Source of the DNA: Aquiluna sp.
Lineage (GTDB): Bacteria > Actinomycetota > Actinomycetes > Actinomycetales > Microbacteriaceae
Direction: 5' to 3'
Length of the DNA stretch: 64,000 nt
Assembly (NCBI GenBank): GCA_021741585.1
Contig: JAIOXN010000001.1
Span: 609,059 to 673,058, forward strand
In this document: piece by piece, positions 28,925 through 37,880 of the stretch
Position numbering within the stretch: position 1 is the first letter of the stretch
Layout of the letters: every line of letters begins with the position of its first letter
Position numbers and translations under genes: made by a program
The notes under the pieces: model-generated
Told to the model about the DNA's origin: nothing
The model's input: the letters and a program-made list of their open reading frames with translations, nothing else
The model's database searches: none

Positions 28925-29728
28925 TTAGCTAACAATCGCCGGAATGATCGCTCCGGAGAATACCTGCCAGGCAAGCAATGACTTAGCCACCAAGCTCAAG
29001 GTGATATAGGTCTTTTCTCCAAACAGGTAGTTCTTCCATGGGCCGACCTTTTTGTACTGGAAGGCCTGGTTGAAGGCGAAGGTATTGAAGAAAATGAAGA
29101 TTGCAATCACGATGCCATAGACAAAGCCAGGAATCTCAGCGGCGCTAGAGCTGCCAGGCTGGATTATGTAGACCGCAAGAATCAACCAAGGGACAATTCC
29201 GGTGATGGAACCCATGATGAATGGAAGACCCTTACCGTTTCCTGGTGTCTCATATTTTTCTTGCAGTGCACCAAAGAAAATCATCGATGCGTTCACGCCA
29301 AAGATTGCAACTAGGGCTGCAAAGTTAGAAACACCATTTAGCTGTGCGATCAGCCAGATCATCACTGAGGATGACAACGAGTACTCAACCCAGCGGAAGT
29401 AATTGTGGTTCTGCTTGAGTCCTGCTTTGTATCGCCCAAAGAACATTGGGGAGGAAATGATGAAGTGGAACAGGGCAGATAGTGCCAAAAACCCAACGAC
29501 ACCGGCACCGATGTTGATGTCAAAGAGCTCGACTCGCTCAGGAGGAATCGGCACACCCGGAGGGCCCGCTGGATACTCAATGGTTACCGGGAAAAGAATC
29601 TGGTTATCAAGCAGGGTCAGAACATATGTCAGACCAAGTGCTTGGGCAAGGTGAAGAAATCCTGCCACCACGTTGTATCTGCGAAGACCCTTGATTTGAG
29701 TATCTATATCTTTTACGCGTCTGGCCAT
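28925..29728 (-). CDS. Heliorhodopsin: 7-TM retinal-binding protein with inverted topology.
   Basis: 267 aa, 7 TM helices. Matches HeR hallmarks: FLHLAQ (His in TM1), ALFHFI (His in TM2), FRWVEYSLSSSVM (Glu counterion in TM3), IFGVNASM, PGFVYGI, and SLVAKSLLAWQVFSG (Schiff-base Lys in TM7). Collinear with the 48C12 prototype. Confidence 0.9.
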   Translation of the reverse strand: MARRVKDIDTQIKGLRRYNVVAGFLHLAQALGLTYVLTLLDNQILFPVTIEYPAGPPGVPIPPERVELFDINIGAGVVGFLALSALFHFIISSPMFFGRYKAGLKQNHNYFRWVEYSLSSSVMIWLIAQLNGVSNFAALVAIFGVNASMIFFGALQEKYETPGNGKGLPFIMGSITGIVPWLILAVYIIQPGSSSAAEIPGFVYGIVIAIFIFFNTFAFNQAFQYKKVGPWKNYLFGEKTYITLSLVAKSLLAWQVFSGAIIPAIVS

Positions 29729-29785
29729 GAGCCACCCCTTTGTCGTTACCTTATGCCTGAACCTATCAGTAGATAGATTTCTTCC

Positions 29786-31285
29786 TTAGTTTTGTGGGAA
29801 CCCTAGGTTGAGCCCACCGTGACTTGGGTCAAGCCAACGAGACGTAATCACCTTGGTCTGAGTGAAGAATCGGAATCCTTCTTCACCGTGAGCGCGAGAA
29901 TCACCGAACAGCGAGTGCTTCCAACCACCGAAGCTGAAGTATGCAACCGGCACAGGAATTGGAACGTTGATGCCGATCATTCCAACTTCTACCTCGTGCT
30001 GGAACTTTCTGGCTGCACCACCATCGTTGGTGAAGATTGCGGTGCCGTTTCCGAACTCACCTGAGTTGATTAGCTGCAAACCCTCCTCATAAGAGTTCAC
30101 GCGGATAACGGAAAGAACTGGGCCAAAGATTTCTTCTTTGTAGACCTTTGAACTCAATGGCACTCTGTCAATAAGAGTTGGTCCAAGCCAAAACCCCCTT
30201 GGATCACCATCTGGCACAACGCCGCGACCATCAACCACAACACTTGCGCCATCTTGTTCCGCCGCAGCGATGTAGGACTGCACTTTGTCTCGGTGAACCT
30301 GTGTCACCAATGGACCCATGTCACAAGAGCGACGGCCATCTCCAACCTTGATCTGAGCCATCCGGCTGGAGATCTTCTCAATAAGCGAATCTGCAACTGG
30401 CTCAACAGCCACAACAACTGAGATGGCCATGCAGCGCTCACCAGCAGAACCAAAACCTGCATTGACGGCTGAATCTGCTACCAAATCAAGATCAGCATCT
30501 GGCAACACGAGCATGTGGTTCTTGGCACCACCCAGAGCCTGAACGCGTTTTCCATGCTTCGCTGCGGTCTCATAAATGTATTGCGCGATAGGTGTCGAAC
30601 CGACAAATGAGATTGAAGCAACATCCGGGTGAGTCAAAAGCCCGTCTACCGCTTCTTTATCGCCCTGCAGAACGTTGAATATGCCGTCGGGAAGGCCGGC
30701 TTCTTTCCAGAGCTGAGCCATCCAAATAGCCGCTGATGGATCCTTCTCGCTTGGCTTTAGCACAACTGCATTGCCGGCCGCAATTGCGACTGGGAAGAAC
30801 CACATTGGAACCATGGCCGGGAAGTTGAATGGGCTGATAATTCCAACAACACCAAGAGGTTGCTTGATGGAGTAGACATCAACATTCGTTGATGCATTCT
30901 CGGAATATTCACCCTTCAATAGATGCGGCATGCCGCAGGCAAATTCGACAACCTCTTGACCACGGGTGATCTCGCCCAAGGCATCGGAAAGCACCTTGCC
31001 GTGCTCTCGAGTAATGATCTCCGCTAGTTCACCTTTGCGGGAATCGAGCAGCTCCCGGAATTTGAAAATAATTGCCTGGCGCCGTGCAAGTGTGGTGTCG
31101 CGCCAAGCTGGAAAGGCGGCCTTTGCACTCGCAATTGTCTTTGCGATTTCTGCCTGGTCGGCAAAACCAACTTTGGCAATTACTTCACCAAGGGCTGGGT
31201 TGAATACTTCACCAAATCGACCGGATGCGCTTTCAATTTCAGCGCCATTTGTCCAATGTCCAACAACGTCCATGTTGTAAACCAA
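29786..31285 (-). CDS. mmsA: CoA-acylating methylmalonate-semialdehyde dehydrogenase.
   Basis: ALDH-superfamily catalytic Cys region (ERCMAIS) and Glu (VVLKPSEKDP); the overall N-terminus matches MmsA. Confidence 0.8.
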   Translation of the reverse strand: MVYNMDVVGHWTNGAEIESASGRFGEVFNPALGEVIAKVGFADQAEIAKTIASAKAAFPAWRDTTLARRQAIIFKFRELLDSRKGELAEIITREHGKVLSDALGEITRGQEVVEFACGMPHLLKGEYSENASTNVDVYSIKQPLGVVGIISPFNFPAMVPMWFFPVAIAAGNAVVLKPSEKDPSAAIWMAQLWKEAGLPDGIFNVLQGDKEAVDGLLTHPDVASISFVGSTPIAQYIYETAAKHGKRVQALGGAKNHMLVLPDADLDLVADSAVNAGFGSAGERCMAISVVVAVEPVADSLIEKISSRMAQIKVGDGRRSCDMGPLVTQVHRDKVQSYIAAAEQDGASVVVDGRGVVPDGDPRGFWLGPTLIDRVPLSSKVYKEEIFGPVLSVIRVNSYEEGLQLINSGEFGNGTAIFTNDGGAARKFQHEVEVGMIGINVPIPVPVAYFSFGGWKHSLFGDSRAHGEEGFRFFTQTKVITSRWLDPSHGGLNLGFPQN

Positions 31286-31338
31286 CTAACTGCCACTTTG
31301 GGCCTTGGTCATAATTTTACAACCAAGCTCTAGGGGAG

Positions 31339-31512
31339 CTAGCTCGCCTTTCGTTGTGCGGATTTTGCGCCAGACTTTCTTTGCTTAACTGCATCCCTAA
31401 GAATCAACTCGATTTGAGCATTGAGAGACCTGAGGTCCTGCTCGGCCCAACCCTTGAGCTCCTCCCAGAGCTCAAGGGGAATCCGAAGCGGAATTGCTTT
31501 TTTCTCACTCAT
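31339..31512 (-). CDS. Arc/MetJ-type ribbon-helix-helix DNA-binding protein (57 aa), unlisted small ORF.
   Basis: Manual translation: MSEKKAIPLRIPLELWEELKGWAEQDLRSLNAQIELILRDAVKQRKSGAKSAQRKAS. Beta-strand IPLRIP followed by two helices matches the Arc-repressor pattern. Its start lies 2 nt after the SPFH stop codon. Confidence 0.55.
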   Translation of the reverse strand: MSEKKAIPLRIPLELWEELKGWAEQDLRSLNAQIELILRDAVKQRKSGAKSAQRKAS

Positions 31513-31514
31513 GA

Positions 31515-32486
31515 TTAGCTGTAGAGGGTTCCGGTGTTTACTACTGGAGACGCCTCTCGCTCAGATACGAGCACTACAAGTAGGTTGCTAACCATGGATG
31601 CTCTCTTGTCCTCATCCAAGACGATGTTGCTGCTCTTTTCTAGATCATTTAGCGCCATTTCAACCATGCCAACAGCACCCTGAACAATCTTGCGCCTGGC
31701 AGAGATAATTGCATCTGCTTGCTGACGCCTCAGCATCGCCTGAGCAATTTCAGGAGCATAGGCAAGGTGGGTTAGACGAGCATCTTCAATAACAACTCCA
31801 GCAACCGCAAGCCTTCTTGATAGATCTACGCGAAGCTCGTTTGAAACTTCCTCAGGGTTTCCACGAAGAGTCAGCTCTTCGGAGAGCTCACCTGAGTCGG
31901 AGTGGTCATATGGGAACTGGGTTGCAACGTGGCGAAGTGATGTTTCCAATTGGGTCTTCACGTAGTTGCGGTAATCATCAACTTCAAACACAGCCTTAGC
32001 GGTGTCAGAAACCTTCCAAACCACAACCGACGCAATCTCAATTGGATTACCTTTGCGATCATTCACCTTGATGGTGTCACCAACCTCGGTGCGCGCGCGC
32101 AAGGAAATCTTGTATCGAGCATCGGTTTTCTTGATAGTGGTGCCGGTTTCCTTGGCTTTCTTGAACTTCTCCTCTTGAGGAGTTGGAGTCGGTGTGCCGT
32201 TTGAATACAGTGGGTTAGCCCAGTGCAAACCGGCCTTCTTGATGGTTCCGCGGTACTTTCCAAACAGGATCAAGACTCTTGCCTCGTTTGGCTGCAAAGA
32301 GAAGAAGCCACCATACAGAATCGTCACCAGGGTGAAGACAGCCACAGGCAAGAACACCATTAGTGATTCTTCGCCAGATTCGCGAACCACACTGAAGAAC
32401 CAGAAGCCGGTTGCTATTTCAATTGCGGTTAGGACAAAAAACATGAGTGCGCCGTTGAGAACGCGTGCTTCTTTTTCGTTAGTCAA
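31515..32486 (-). CDS. SPFH/band-7 (stomatin/flotillin-like) membrane protein.
   Basis: Two N-terminal TM helices, then an SPFH domain (VLILFGKYRGTIKKAGLHWANPL...) and a C-terminal coiled-coil. Confidence 0.75.
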   Translation of the reverse strand: MTNEKEARVLNGALMFFVLTAIEIATGFWFFSVVRESGEESLMVFLPVAVFTLVTILYGGFFSLQPNEARVLILFGKYRGTIKKAGLHWANPLYSNGTPTPTPQEEKFKKAKETGTTIKKTDARYKISLRARTEVGDTIKVNDRKGNPIEIASVVVWKVSDTAKAVFEVDDYRNYVKTQLETSLRHVATQFPYDHSDSGELSEELTLRGNPEEVSNELRVDLSRRLAVAGVVIEDARLTHLAYAPEIAQAMLRRQQADAIISARRKIVQGAVGMVEMALNDLEKSSNIVLDEDKRASMVSNLLVVLVSEREASPVVNTGTLYS

Positions 32487-32501
32487 TCTTGCTCCTATAT
32501 C

Positions 32502-32517
32502 AAAGTGATATCACTTT
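32502..32517. promoter_or_regulatory. Perfect 16-bp palindrome AAAGTGATATCACTTT upstream of the SPFH-RHH operon, candidate operator.
   Basis: Exact inverted repeat, 16-31 bp upstream of the SPFH start codon, in the 48-bp gap after folD. Confidence 0.45.
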
Positions 32518-32534
32518 AGTATTAAAAACAAGAT

Positions 32535-33386
32535 TTAGGAAGCTGCTAAAACCACATTCTTTAGAAGCATTGCCCTGGTCATTGGACCCACTCCGCCTGG
32601 GTTGGGAGATAAGAAGCCCGCAACCTCATTCACGCCTGGGTGAACATCACCTGTGAGCTTGCCATCAACCCTTGTGATGCCTACATCCAAAACCGCAGCA
32701 CCTTCTTTGATCCACTCTGGTTTCACAAAGTGTGGCTGGCCTAGGGCGGCAACAACTATGTCTGCGCGCTTTACCGCGGCTGCAATGTCTTTGCTCGCAC
32801 TATGGAGCAAGGTGACAGTTGAATCAATGCCTTTGCGAGTCATCAAAAGACTCAACGGTCTTCCAACGGTGAGGCCGCGACCGATGATTGCAACCTCTGC
32901 GCCTTTGGTTGGGACATCAAATCGCTTTAGTAGTTCAACGATTCCGTTCGGCGTGCAGGGAAGCGGAGATTTCATCTCCCCCGATACATTCATAACCAAT
33001 TTGCCAAGGTTGATCGGGTGAAGTCCATCTGCATCTTTGGCTGGATCAATCATTTCCAACAATGCGTTGGAATCCATGCCTGAAGGTAATGGAAGCTGAA
33101 TGATGTATCCGGTTACCTCTTTAGCTTCGTTCAAATCCCGAATTGCGGCCTGAACATCTTTTGCTGATGCGGTTGCAGGGAGATCAATTCGAATTGAGTC
33201 GATGCCAACCTCTGCACAATCCCTGTGCTTACCGCCGACATAGGAATGTGAACCTGGGTCATCACCAACCAGGAGAGTCCCGAGCCCGGGAACAATTCCT
33301 TTAGCCTTTAGCGCCTGAACTTCGACCGCGAGTTCGCTCTTGATGGCCTTAGCGGTTCCTAAGCCATCAAGGGATATCGCGGTCAA
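32535..33386 (-). CDS. folD: Bifunctional methylene-THF dehydrogenase/methenyl-THF cyclohydrolase.
   Basis: 283 aa, characteristic [14 protein letters not shown] / PGGVGPMT motifs. Confidence 0.9.
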   Translation of the reverse strand: MTAISLDGLGTAKAIKSELAVEVQALKAKGIVPGLGTLLVGDDPGSHSYVGGKHRDCAEVGIDSIRIDLPATASAKDVQAAIRDLNEAKEVTGYIIQLPLPSGMDSNALLEMIDPAKDADGLHPINLGKLVMNVSGEMKSPLPCTPNGIVELLKRFDVPTKGAEVAIIGRGLTVGRPLSLLMTRKGIDSTVTLLHSASKDIAAAVKRADIVVAALGQPHFVKPEWIKEGAAVLDVGITRVDGKLTGDVHPGVNEVAGFLSPNPGGVGPMTRAMLLKNVVLAAS

Positions 33387-33390
33387 AGAT

Positions 33391-34671
33391 CTACCAGTTC
33401 TCTAGGTCTGAATAAAGTGGGATGTTCTCGGTGAGAACGCGGACTCTTGCTCGCAGTGCTGGAAGGTCAGCACCTGGAATCAGAGCACCGGCGATGATGT
33501 CGGCAACTTCCTTGAATTCCTCAGCACCAAAACCACGGGTTGCGAGCGCCGCAGCACCAATTCGAACACCGGAGGTGACCATAGGTGGGCGTGGGTCGTT
33601 TGGAACTGAGTTCTTGTTTACAGTTACACCGGCTTCGTGAAGCAGGTTCTCGGCAGTCTGACCGTCAATTGCGGCGTTGCGAAGATCCACCAAAACCAGG
33701 TGAACGTCAGTTCCGCCGGTTAGCACGCTGATACCTGCGTCAACCACGTCCTTCTGTACTAGGCGTTCAGCGATGATGCGTGCGCCTTCGATTGTGCGAG
33801 CCTGGCGCTCTTTGAAATCTGGCTGCATCGCAGCCTTGAATGCAACTGCCTTTGCGGCAATCACATGCATAAGTGGGCCACCCTGCTGACCTGGGAATAC
33901 AGCAGAATCAATCTTCTTGGCGTATTCCTGCTTGCACAGAATCAAACCGGAACGAGGGCCACCAAGAGTTTTGTGAACTGTTGTAGAAACGACATCTGCA
34001 TATGGGACTGGGCTTGGGTGCAAACCTGCTGCAACCAATCCTGCGAAGTGAGCCATGTCAACCCAAAGCTTTGCTCCAACCTCATCCGCAATTTTGCGGA
34101 ACTCTGCAAAGTCAAGGTGACGGGAATATGCAGACCAACCTGCGATCAAAACAGTTGGCTTCACCTCGTGAGCTCTTTGGCGCACGATGTCCATGTCAAT
34201 CAAAAAAGTCTCTGGGTTCAGCTCATAAGCGTGAGCCTCATACATCTTGCCCGAGAAGTTGAGTTTCATACCGTGGGTTAGGTGTCCACCGTGAGCCAAT
34301 GACAGACCAAGAAGTCTGTCGCCTGGGTTAGCAAGGGCCATCATCACGGCAGCATTTGCTGTCGCGCCAGAGTGTGGTTGGACGTTTGCGTGCTCAGCAC
34401 CAAAGAGTTCTTTTGCTCGCTCGCGGGCAAGCTCCTCTGCGACGTCGACTGCTTCGCAACCGCCGTAGTAGCGCTTGCCGGGATAGCCCTCAGCATATTT
34501 ATTGGTCAGCACAGATCCCTGCGCCTCTAGAACGCCGCGCGAGACAAAGTTCTCGCTGGCGATCATCTCGAGAGTGTGGCGCTGGCGGTCTAGCTCCTGC
34601 TGCAGCACCGCTGCAATCTCAGGATCAACCTCGGACAGGGGCGCATTAAAGCTCTTTGGCTGTGTGGACAT
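33391..34671 (-). CDS. glyA: Serine hydroxymethyltransferase.
   Basis: PLP-Lys motif [13 protein letters not shown]; 426 aa. Confidence 0.9.
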   Translation of the reverse strand: MSTQPKSFNAPLSEVDPEIAAVLQQELDRQRHTLEMIASENFVSRGVLEAQGSVLTNKYAEGYPGKRYYGGCEAVDVAEELARERAKELFGAEHANVQPHSGATANAAVMMALANPGDRLLGLSLAHGGHLTHGMKLNFSGKMYEAHAYELNPETFLIDMDIVRQRAHEVKPTVLIAGWSAYSRHLDFAEFRKIADEVGAKLWVDMAHFAGLVAAGLHPSPVPYADVVSTTVHKTLGGPRSGLILCKQEYAKKIDSAVFPGQQGGPLMHVIAAKAVAFKAAMQPDFKERQARTIEGARIIAERLVQKDVVDAGISVLTGGTDVHLVLVDLRNAAIDGQTAENLLHEAGVTVNKNSVPNDPRPPMVTSGVRIGAAALATRGFGAEEFKEVADIIAGALIPGADLPALRARVRVLTENIPLYSDLENW

Positions 34672-34731
34672 GACAGGAGTTTACCAGCCACAAAGGCCTA
34701 TAGAGCTCATTGGCTCAATAGGATTGAGCCC

Positions 34732-35589
34732 ATGACTTTGACCAAAGAGCACTGGGTTCTCACATTTGTTTGCCCAGATAAAAAAGGTATTGTCCACGCC
34801 ATCACAGGTGCGGTTGTGGAAATTGGCGGGAACATCACCGAGAGCAAGCAATACACCTCTTTGGACACCGGTCGCTTCTTCATGAGATTGCAGATCGAGG
34901 CGGAAATCACCAAGGAAGCCTTTGGCCAACAGTTTGAACAGATCGCCAAAGACTTTGAAATGGAATATGTGCTCGACCACGTCGAGCGCAAAATGAAGAC
35001 CTTGGTCTTAGTATCCAAGGCTGGGCACGCTCTAAACGATTTACTTTTCCGCCAGCGAGCAGGGCAGCTTCCAATCGAAATCCCAATGGTTTTTGCTAAT
35101 CACCCGGAACTCAAAGAGCTCACCAATTTCTTTGGAGTCCCTTTTGAGAGTCATGAGATCAAGAACAATGTGGACAAGGCGCTTTTTGAAAAACGACTTC
35201 GTGAGTTCATCCACGAGAACCAGATTGAGCTAATTGTTCTGGCCCGCTACATGCAGATTCTCTCCCCTGAGTTCTGCAAAGAATTTGCCGGCAAAATCAT
35301 CAACATCCACCACAGCTTCTTGCCTGGATTCAAAGGCGCTAACCCATATGCACAGGCTCACGCCAGAGGTGTGAAGCTCATTGGTGCCACCGCTCACTTT
35401 GTAACCGAGGATCTCGATGAGGGACCAATCATCGAACAAAACGTCACCCGAGTTGAGCACTCGGAATCAAAGAGCCAATTAGTTTCAATTGGACAGGACG
35501 CGGAGTCCAAAACCCTGACCCAGGCGGTCAAATGGTTCGCCGAACACCGCGTCCTGCTTGATGGTCAAAGAACCATCATTTTCCGCTAA
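34732..35589 (+). CDS. purU: Formyltetrahydrofolate deformylase.
   Basis: N-terminal ACT domain plus formyltransferase core (INIHHSFLP, HFVTEDLDEGPII). Confidence 0.85.
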   Translation: MTLTKEHWVLTFVCPDKKGIVHAITGAVVEIGGNITESKQYTSLDTGRFFMRLQIEAEITKEAFGQQFEQIAKDFEMEYVLDHVERKMKTLVLVSKAGHALNDLLFRQRAGQLPIEIPMVFANHPELKELTNFFGVPFESHEIKNNVDKALFEKRLREFIHENQIELIVLARYMQILSPEFCKEFAGKIINIHHSFLPGFKGANPYAQAHARGVKLIGATAHFVTEDLDEGPIIEQNVTRVEHSESKSQLVSIGQDAESKTLTQAVKWFAEHRVLLDGQRTIIFR

Positions 35590-37810
35590 AGCGCCACAGA
35601 CCAAGCCCAATCAACAGAGCTAGAAATGCCGCAAAAATCCATAATGGGTTGAACATCACTGAATCTTGACTTTGGATAGTTTCGGCCCGAGGTTCGGGAT
35701 CGTTGATGGCAACTACCGTGATCGGCTCGGCCGTTGGTGCCGTGTTTTCTTCGAGAGTCAATGGTTCTGCACTTTGCGCATCATTAGGCTCTTGAGTTGT
35801 TTCTTCGAGAACTTTCGACTCGCGAATCGCAGTTGGAGCAGTAAGGCTAGGGGTTCGGGCTGGGTCTGACTCTTTTTGAACTTCGCTAGCGACTTCGTTG
35901 ACAACCTGTTCTAGCACTTCCTCAAGAATGGCTTCAGGGGTGGTTTCTTGGATTTGAGTTTCTTCCTCGATCACCGGATCTGCTGGAACAAAATCTGATG
36001 AGGAGTCGGGAATTGTTGGAGCAGGAGACCAAACTTCTTCTTGGACGGGATCCTCGGGCTCAGAAATCTCTGGCTGAACCGGATCTTGAACAACGATTTC
36101 ATCGACTTCAGGCTCAAGGGGCTCTTCGACGAGTAGTTCCAAATTCTCGATTTGAAGACTAGCGATGGAATTGGGTCCAGGATTGCCAGCCGCATCGGTG
36201 GCAAGGCTCTGATCAAAATTCCAGATTGCTGTGCCATAGCCGCAGCTAGCAAAAAATTTCCACACAGATGCTTCTACTTCTTCGTATTGAGAATCGCAGG
36301 CTTCGCTGAAATCAAAAACCACATCAGCTGGATTGAAGTCGACCACTTCTGAGAAACTCAAAACCGCGCTGTATAGAAATGCGTCTTCAACTGTCACAGA
36401 CTCTTGACTCCAAGAAGCAGATGGTCCGATCGTGTCAGTTGTGAATCCGAAAACTAGATCTAGTTCAGGGCCCATATTTCCGAGGCTGTCTGATATCGAG
36501 TTCGCGGCTAGGGTCAACAAGTGTTCGCCCTCGAAGCAGTCCGAAACAACAATTGTGCTTGCAAGTTCCCCGAACTCGATTCCCCCGCAATTAGAAATAG
36601 AGAATGCCGTGAGATCTGGATTGACAAGACTTCCGTCGATTGCGAAACCGATTTCGACACTATTCTTACTAAACAATTCTTGACTTGAAACAAATTCAAA
36701 TGTGGGTGCCGTCAAATCGATATCCAATGACGCAACCGAATTTGACTGAGGCCCGAAAAAGGCATCCCCCAGAGAAAGCGCCAATAGTGTGACCTCAACC
36801 GGGGTGGAATTGCAATTCACCACGTCAATTTCAGCCTGAGTCCCGAGCATTCTTATCTCACCAATCTCACAACCCGTGCCAGATAATGTGATGTCGGCAT
36901 CGCTCAAGCCAGTGATTTCAGAACTCATCGACAATTCAAAGGTCAATTTATCGCTTTGCACCTGTGTTCCAGAAAACCCCAAAACTTGAAGGGGAAGTTG
37001 ATATCTCAAAACCAGATAGCCGTTACCGGTCTGGACCCCTTGGGTGTGAACAGGTGAAGTTACATAGTCGTTTCTTGCATAGCTGGAACCGCCACCGCCG
37101 CCACCGCCGTCGGAACAGCAGTCATCATCATCGGCACCGCCACCGCCACCGCCGTACCAACCGCCGCCGCCACCGCCACCGCCTGCATTCCAGCTAGTTC
37201 CTCCCGACCCGCCTTGCGCAAAAGAGCCGCTGGCTGGAGACGTGCCGCCATTGGAATAGCCTGCGGAACCTCCGTTGGATTGGGTTCCTGCACCACCGCC
37301 TGAACCCTGCCCGGATTTCCCAGCCTCGGCAACTAGGCCTCCGCCTGATCCACCCATGGCTCCTGAATATCCTCCGGTGCCTCCACCGCCACCGGCCACC
37401 GCGATCCTCGAGTTAGTCGCGGAGTTCAAACGAATATCTGTGGCACCGCCACCGGCACCTTCGTTTCCACGATTACCACCCGAAGCGCCACCACCGTTGT
37501 ATCCACCAGGAGCAGATGCTGCCACCGAACCTGCGCCACCAACAACGATGATGAGCTGTTCGGGGAGATTGGTTAGGACTCCAGTGAGCTTGCCGCCGAG
37601 ACCACCTCTACCACCACTGGCACCAAAAGCTTCAAATTCAATTTCCTGAACTCCAGGAGGAACTTCAAATACAACATGGCTGCCTGAGAATTCAAAAGTT
37701 GCTTCACAAATCCCTTGCGTGCAGACCTCAGCAGCTGAAGCAGAATGGGCGATGAGCATGGCCGATAAAAGCGCAGAACTGGCTGCAAACGAAATAAGTT
37801 TATTTTTCAT
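35576..37810 (-). CDS. Large secreted glycine-rich/acidic surface protein with a C-terminal membrane anchor.
   Basis: Signal peptide MKNKLISFAASSALLSAMLIAHSASA. About 190-aa GGxGG-rich region containing a DDDDCC run. Beta-rich middle. Pro/Glu/Asp-rich linker. Terminal hydrophobic helix plus RFSGK tail with no LPXTG. Confidence 0.6.
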   Translation of the reverse strand: MKNKLISFAASSALLSAMLIAHSASAAEVCTQGICEATFEFSGSHVVFEVPPGVQEIEFEAFGASGGRGGLGGKLTGVLTNLPEQLIIVVGGAGSVAASAPGGYNGGGASGGNRGNEGAGGGATDIRLNSATNSRIAVAGGGGGTGGYSGAMGGSGGGLVAEAGKSGQGSGGGAGTQSNGGSAGYSNGGTSPASGSFAQGGSGGTSWNAGGGGGGGGWYGGGGGGADDDDCCSDGGGGGGGSSYARNDYVTSPVHTQGVQTGNGYLVLRYQLPLQVLGFSGTQVQSDKLTFELSMSSEITGLSDADITLSGTGCEIGEIRMLGTQAEIDVVNCNSTPVEVTLLALSLGDAFFGPQSNSVASLDIDLTAPTFEFVSSQELFSKNSVEIGFAIDGSLVNPDLTAFSISNCGGIEFGELASTIVVSDCFEGEHLLTLAANSISDSLGNMGPELDLVFGFTTDTIGPSASWSQESVTVEDAFLYSAVLSFSEVVDFNPADVVFDFSEACDSQYEEVEASVWKFFASCGYGTAIWNFDQSLATDAAGNPGPNSIASLQIENLELLVEEPLEPEVDEIVVQDPVQPEISEPEDPVQEEVWSPAPTIPDSSSDFVPADPVIEEETQIQETTPEAILEEVLEQVVNEVASEVQKESDPARTPSLTAPTAIRESKVLEETTQEPNDAQSAEPLTLEENTAPTAEPITVVAINDPEPRAETIQSQDSVMFNPLWIFAAFLALLIGLGLWRFSGK

Positions 37811-37823
37811 GAGGACAAAGTAA

Positions 37824-37851
37824 AACTCCCTGCAATTTCTTGCAGGGAGTT
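37824..37851 (-). terminator. Rho-independent terminator of icd.
   Basis: aactccctgcaa-tttc-ttgcagggagtt followed on the minus strand by UUUU. A second hairpin, cagcccccgaaaagggctg, lies at 37857..37876. Confidence 0.6.
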
Positions 37852-37880
37852 ATCCACAGCCCCCGAAAAGGGCTGAGTTA

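Noticed and set aside
35576-35700. LPXTG or PEP-CTERM sorting signal at the C-terminus of the Gly-rich protein.
   Set aside because: A DPEP tetrapeptide lies about 20 residues before the TM helix, but not in the tight PEP-TM-Arg context of PEP-CTERM, and exosortases are not expected in this lineage. No LPXTG-like pentapeptide was found, so it is called a simple tail anchor.
36964-37649. His/Arg-rich (36964..37197) and Pro-rich (37275..37649) plus-strand ORFs.
   Set aside because: They are antisense to the glycine-codon repeats (GGN and GCC runs) of the large Gly-rich gene on the minus strand. Compositional artefacts.
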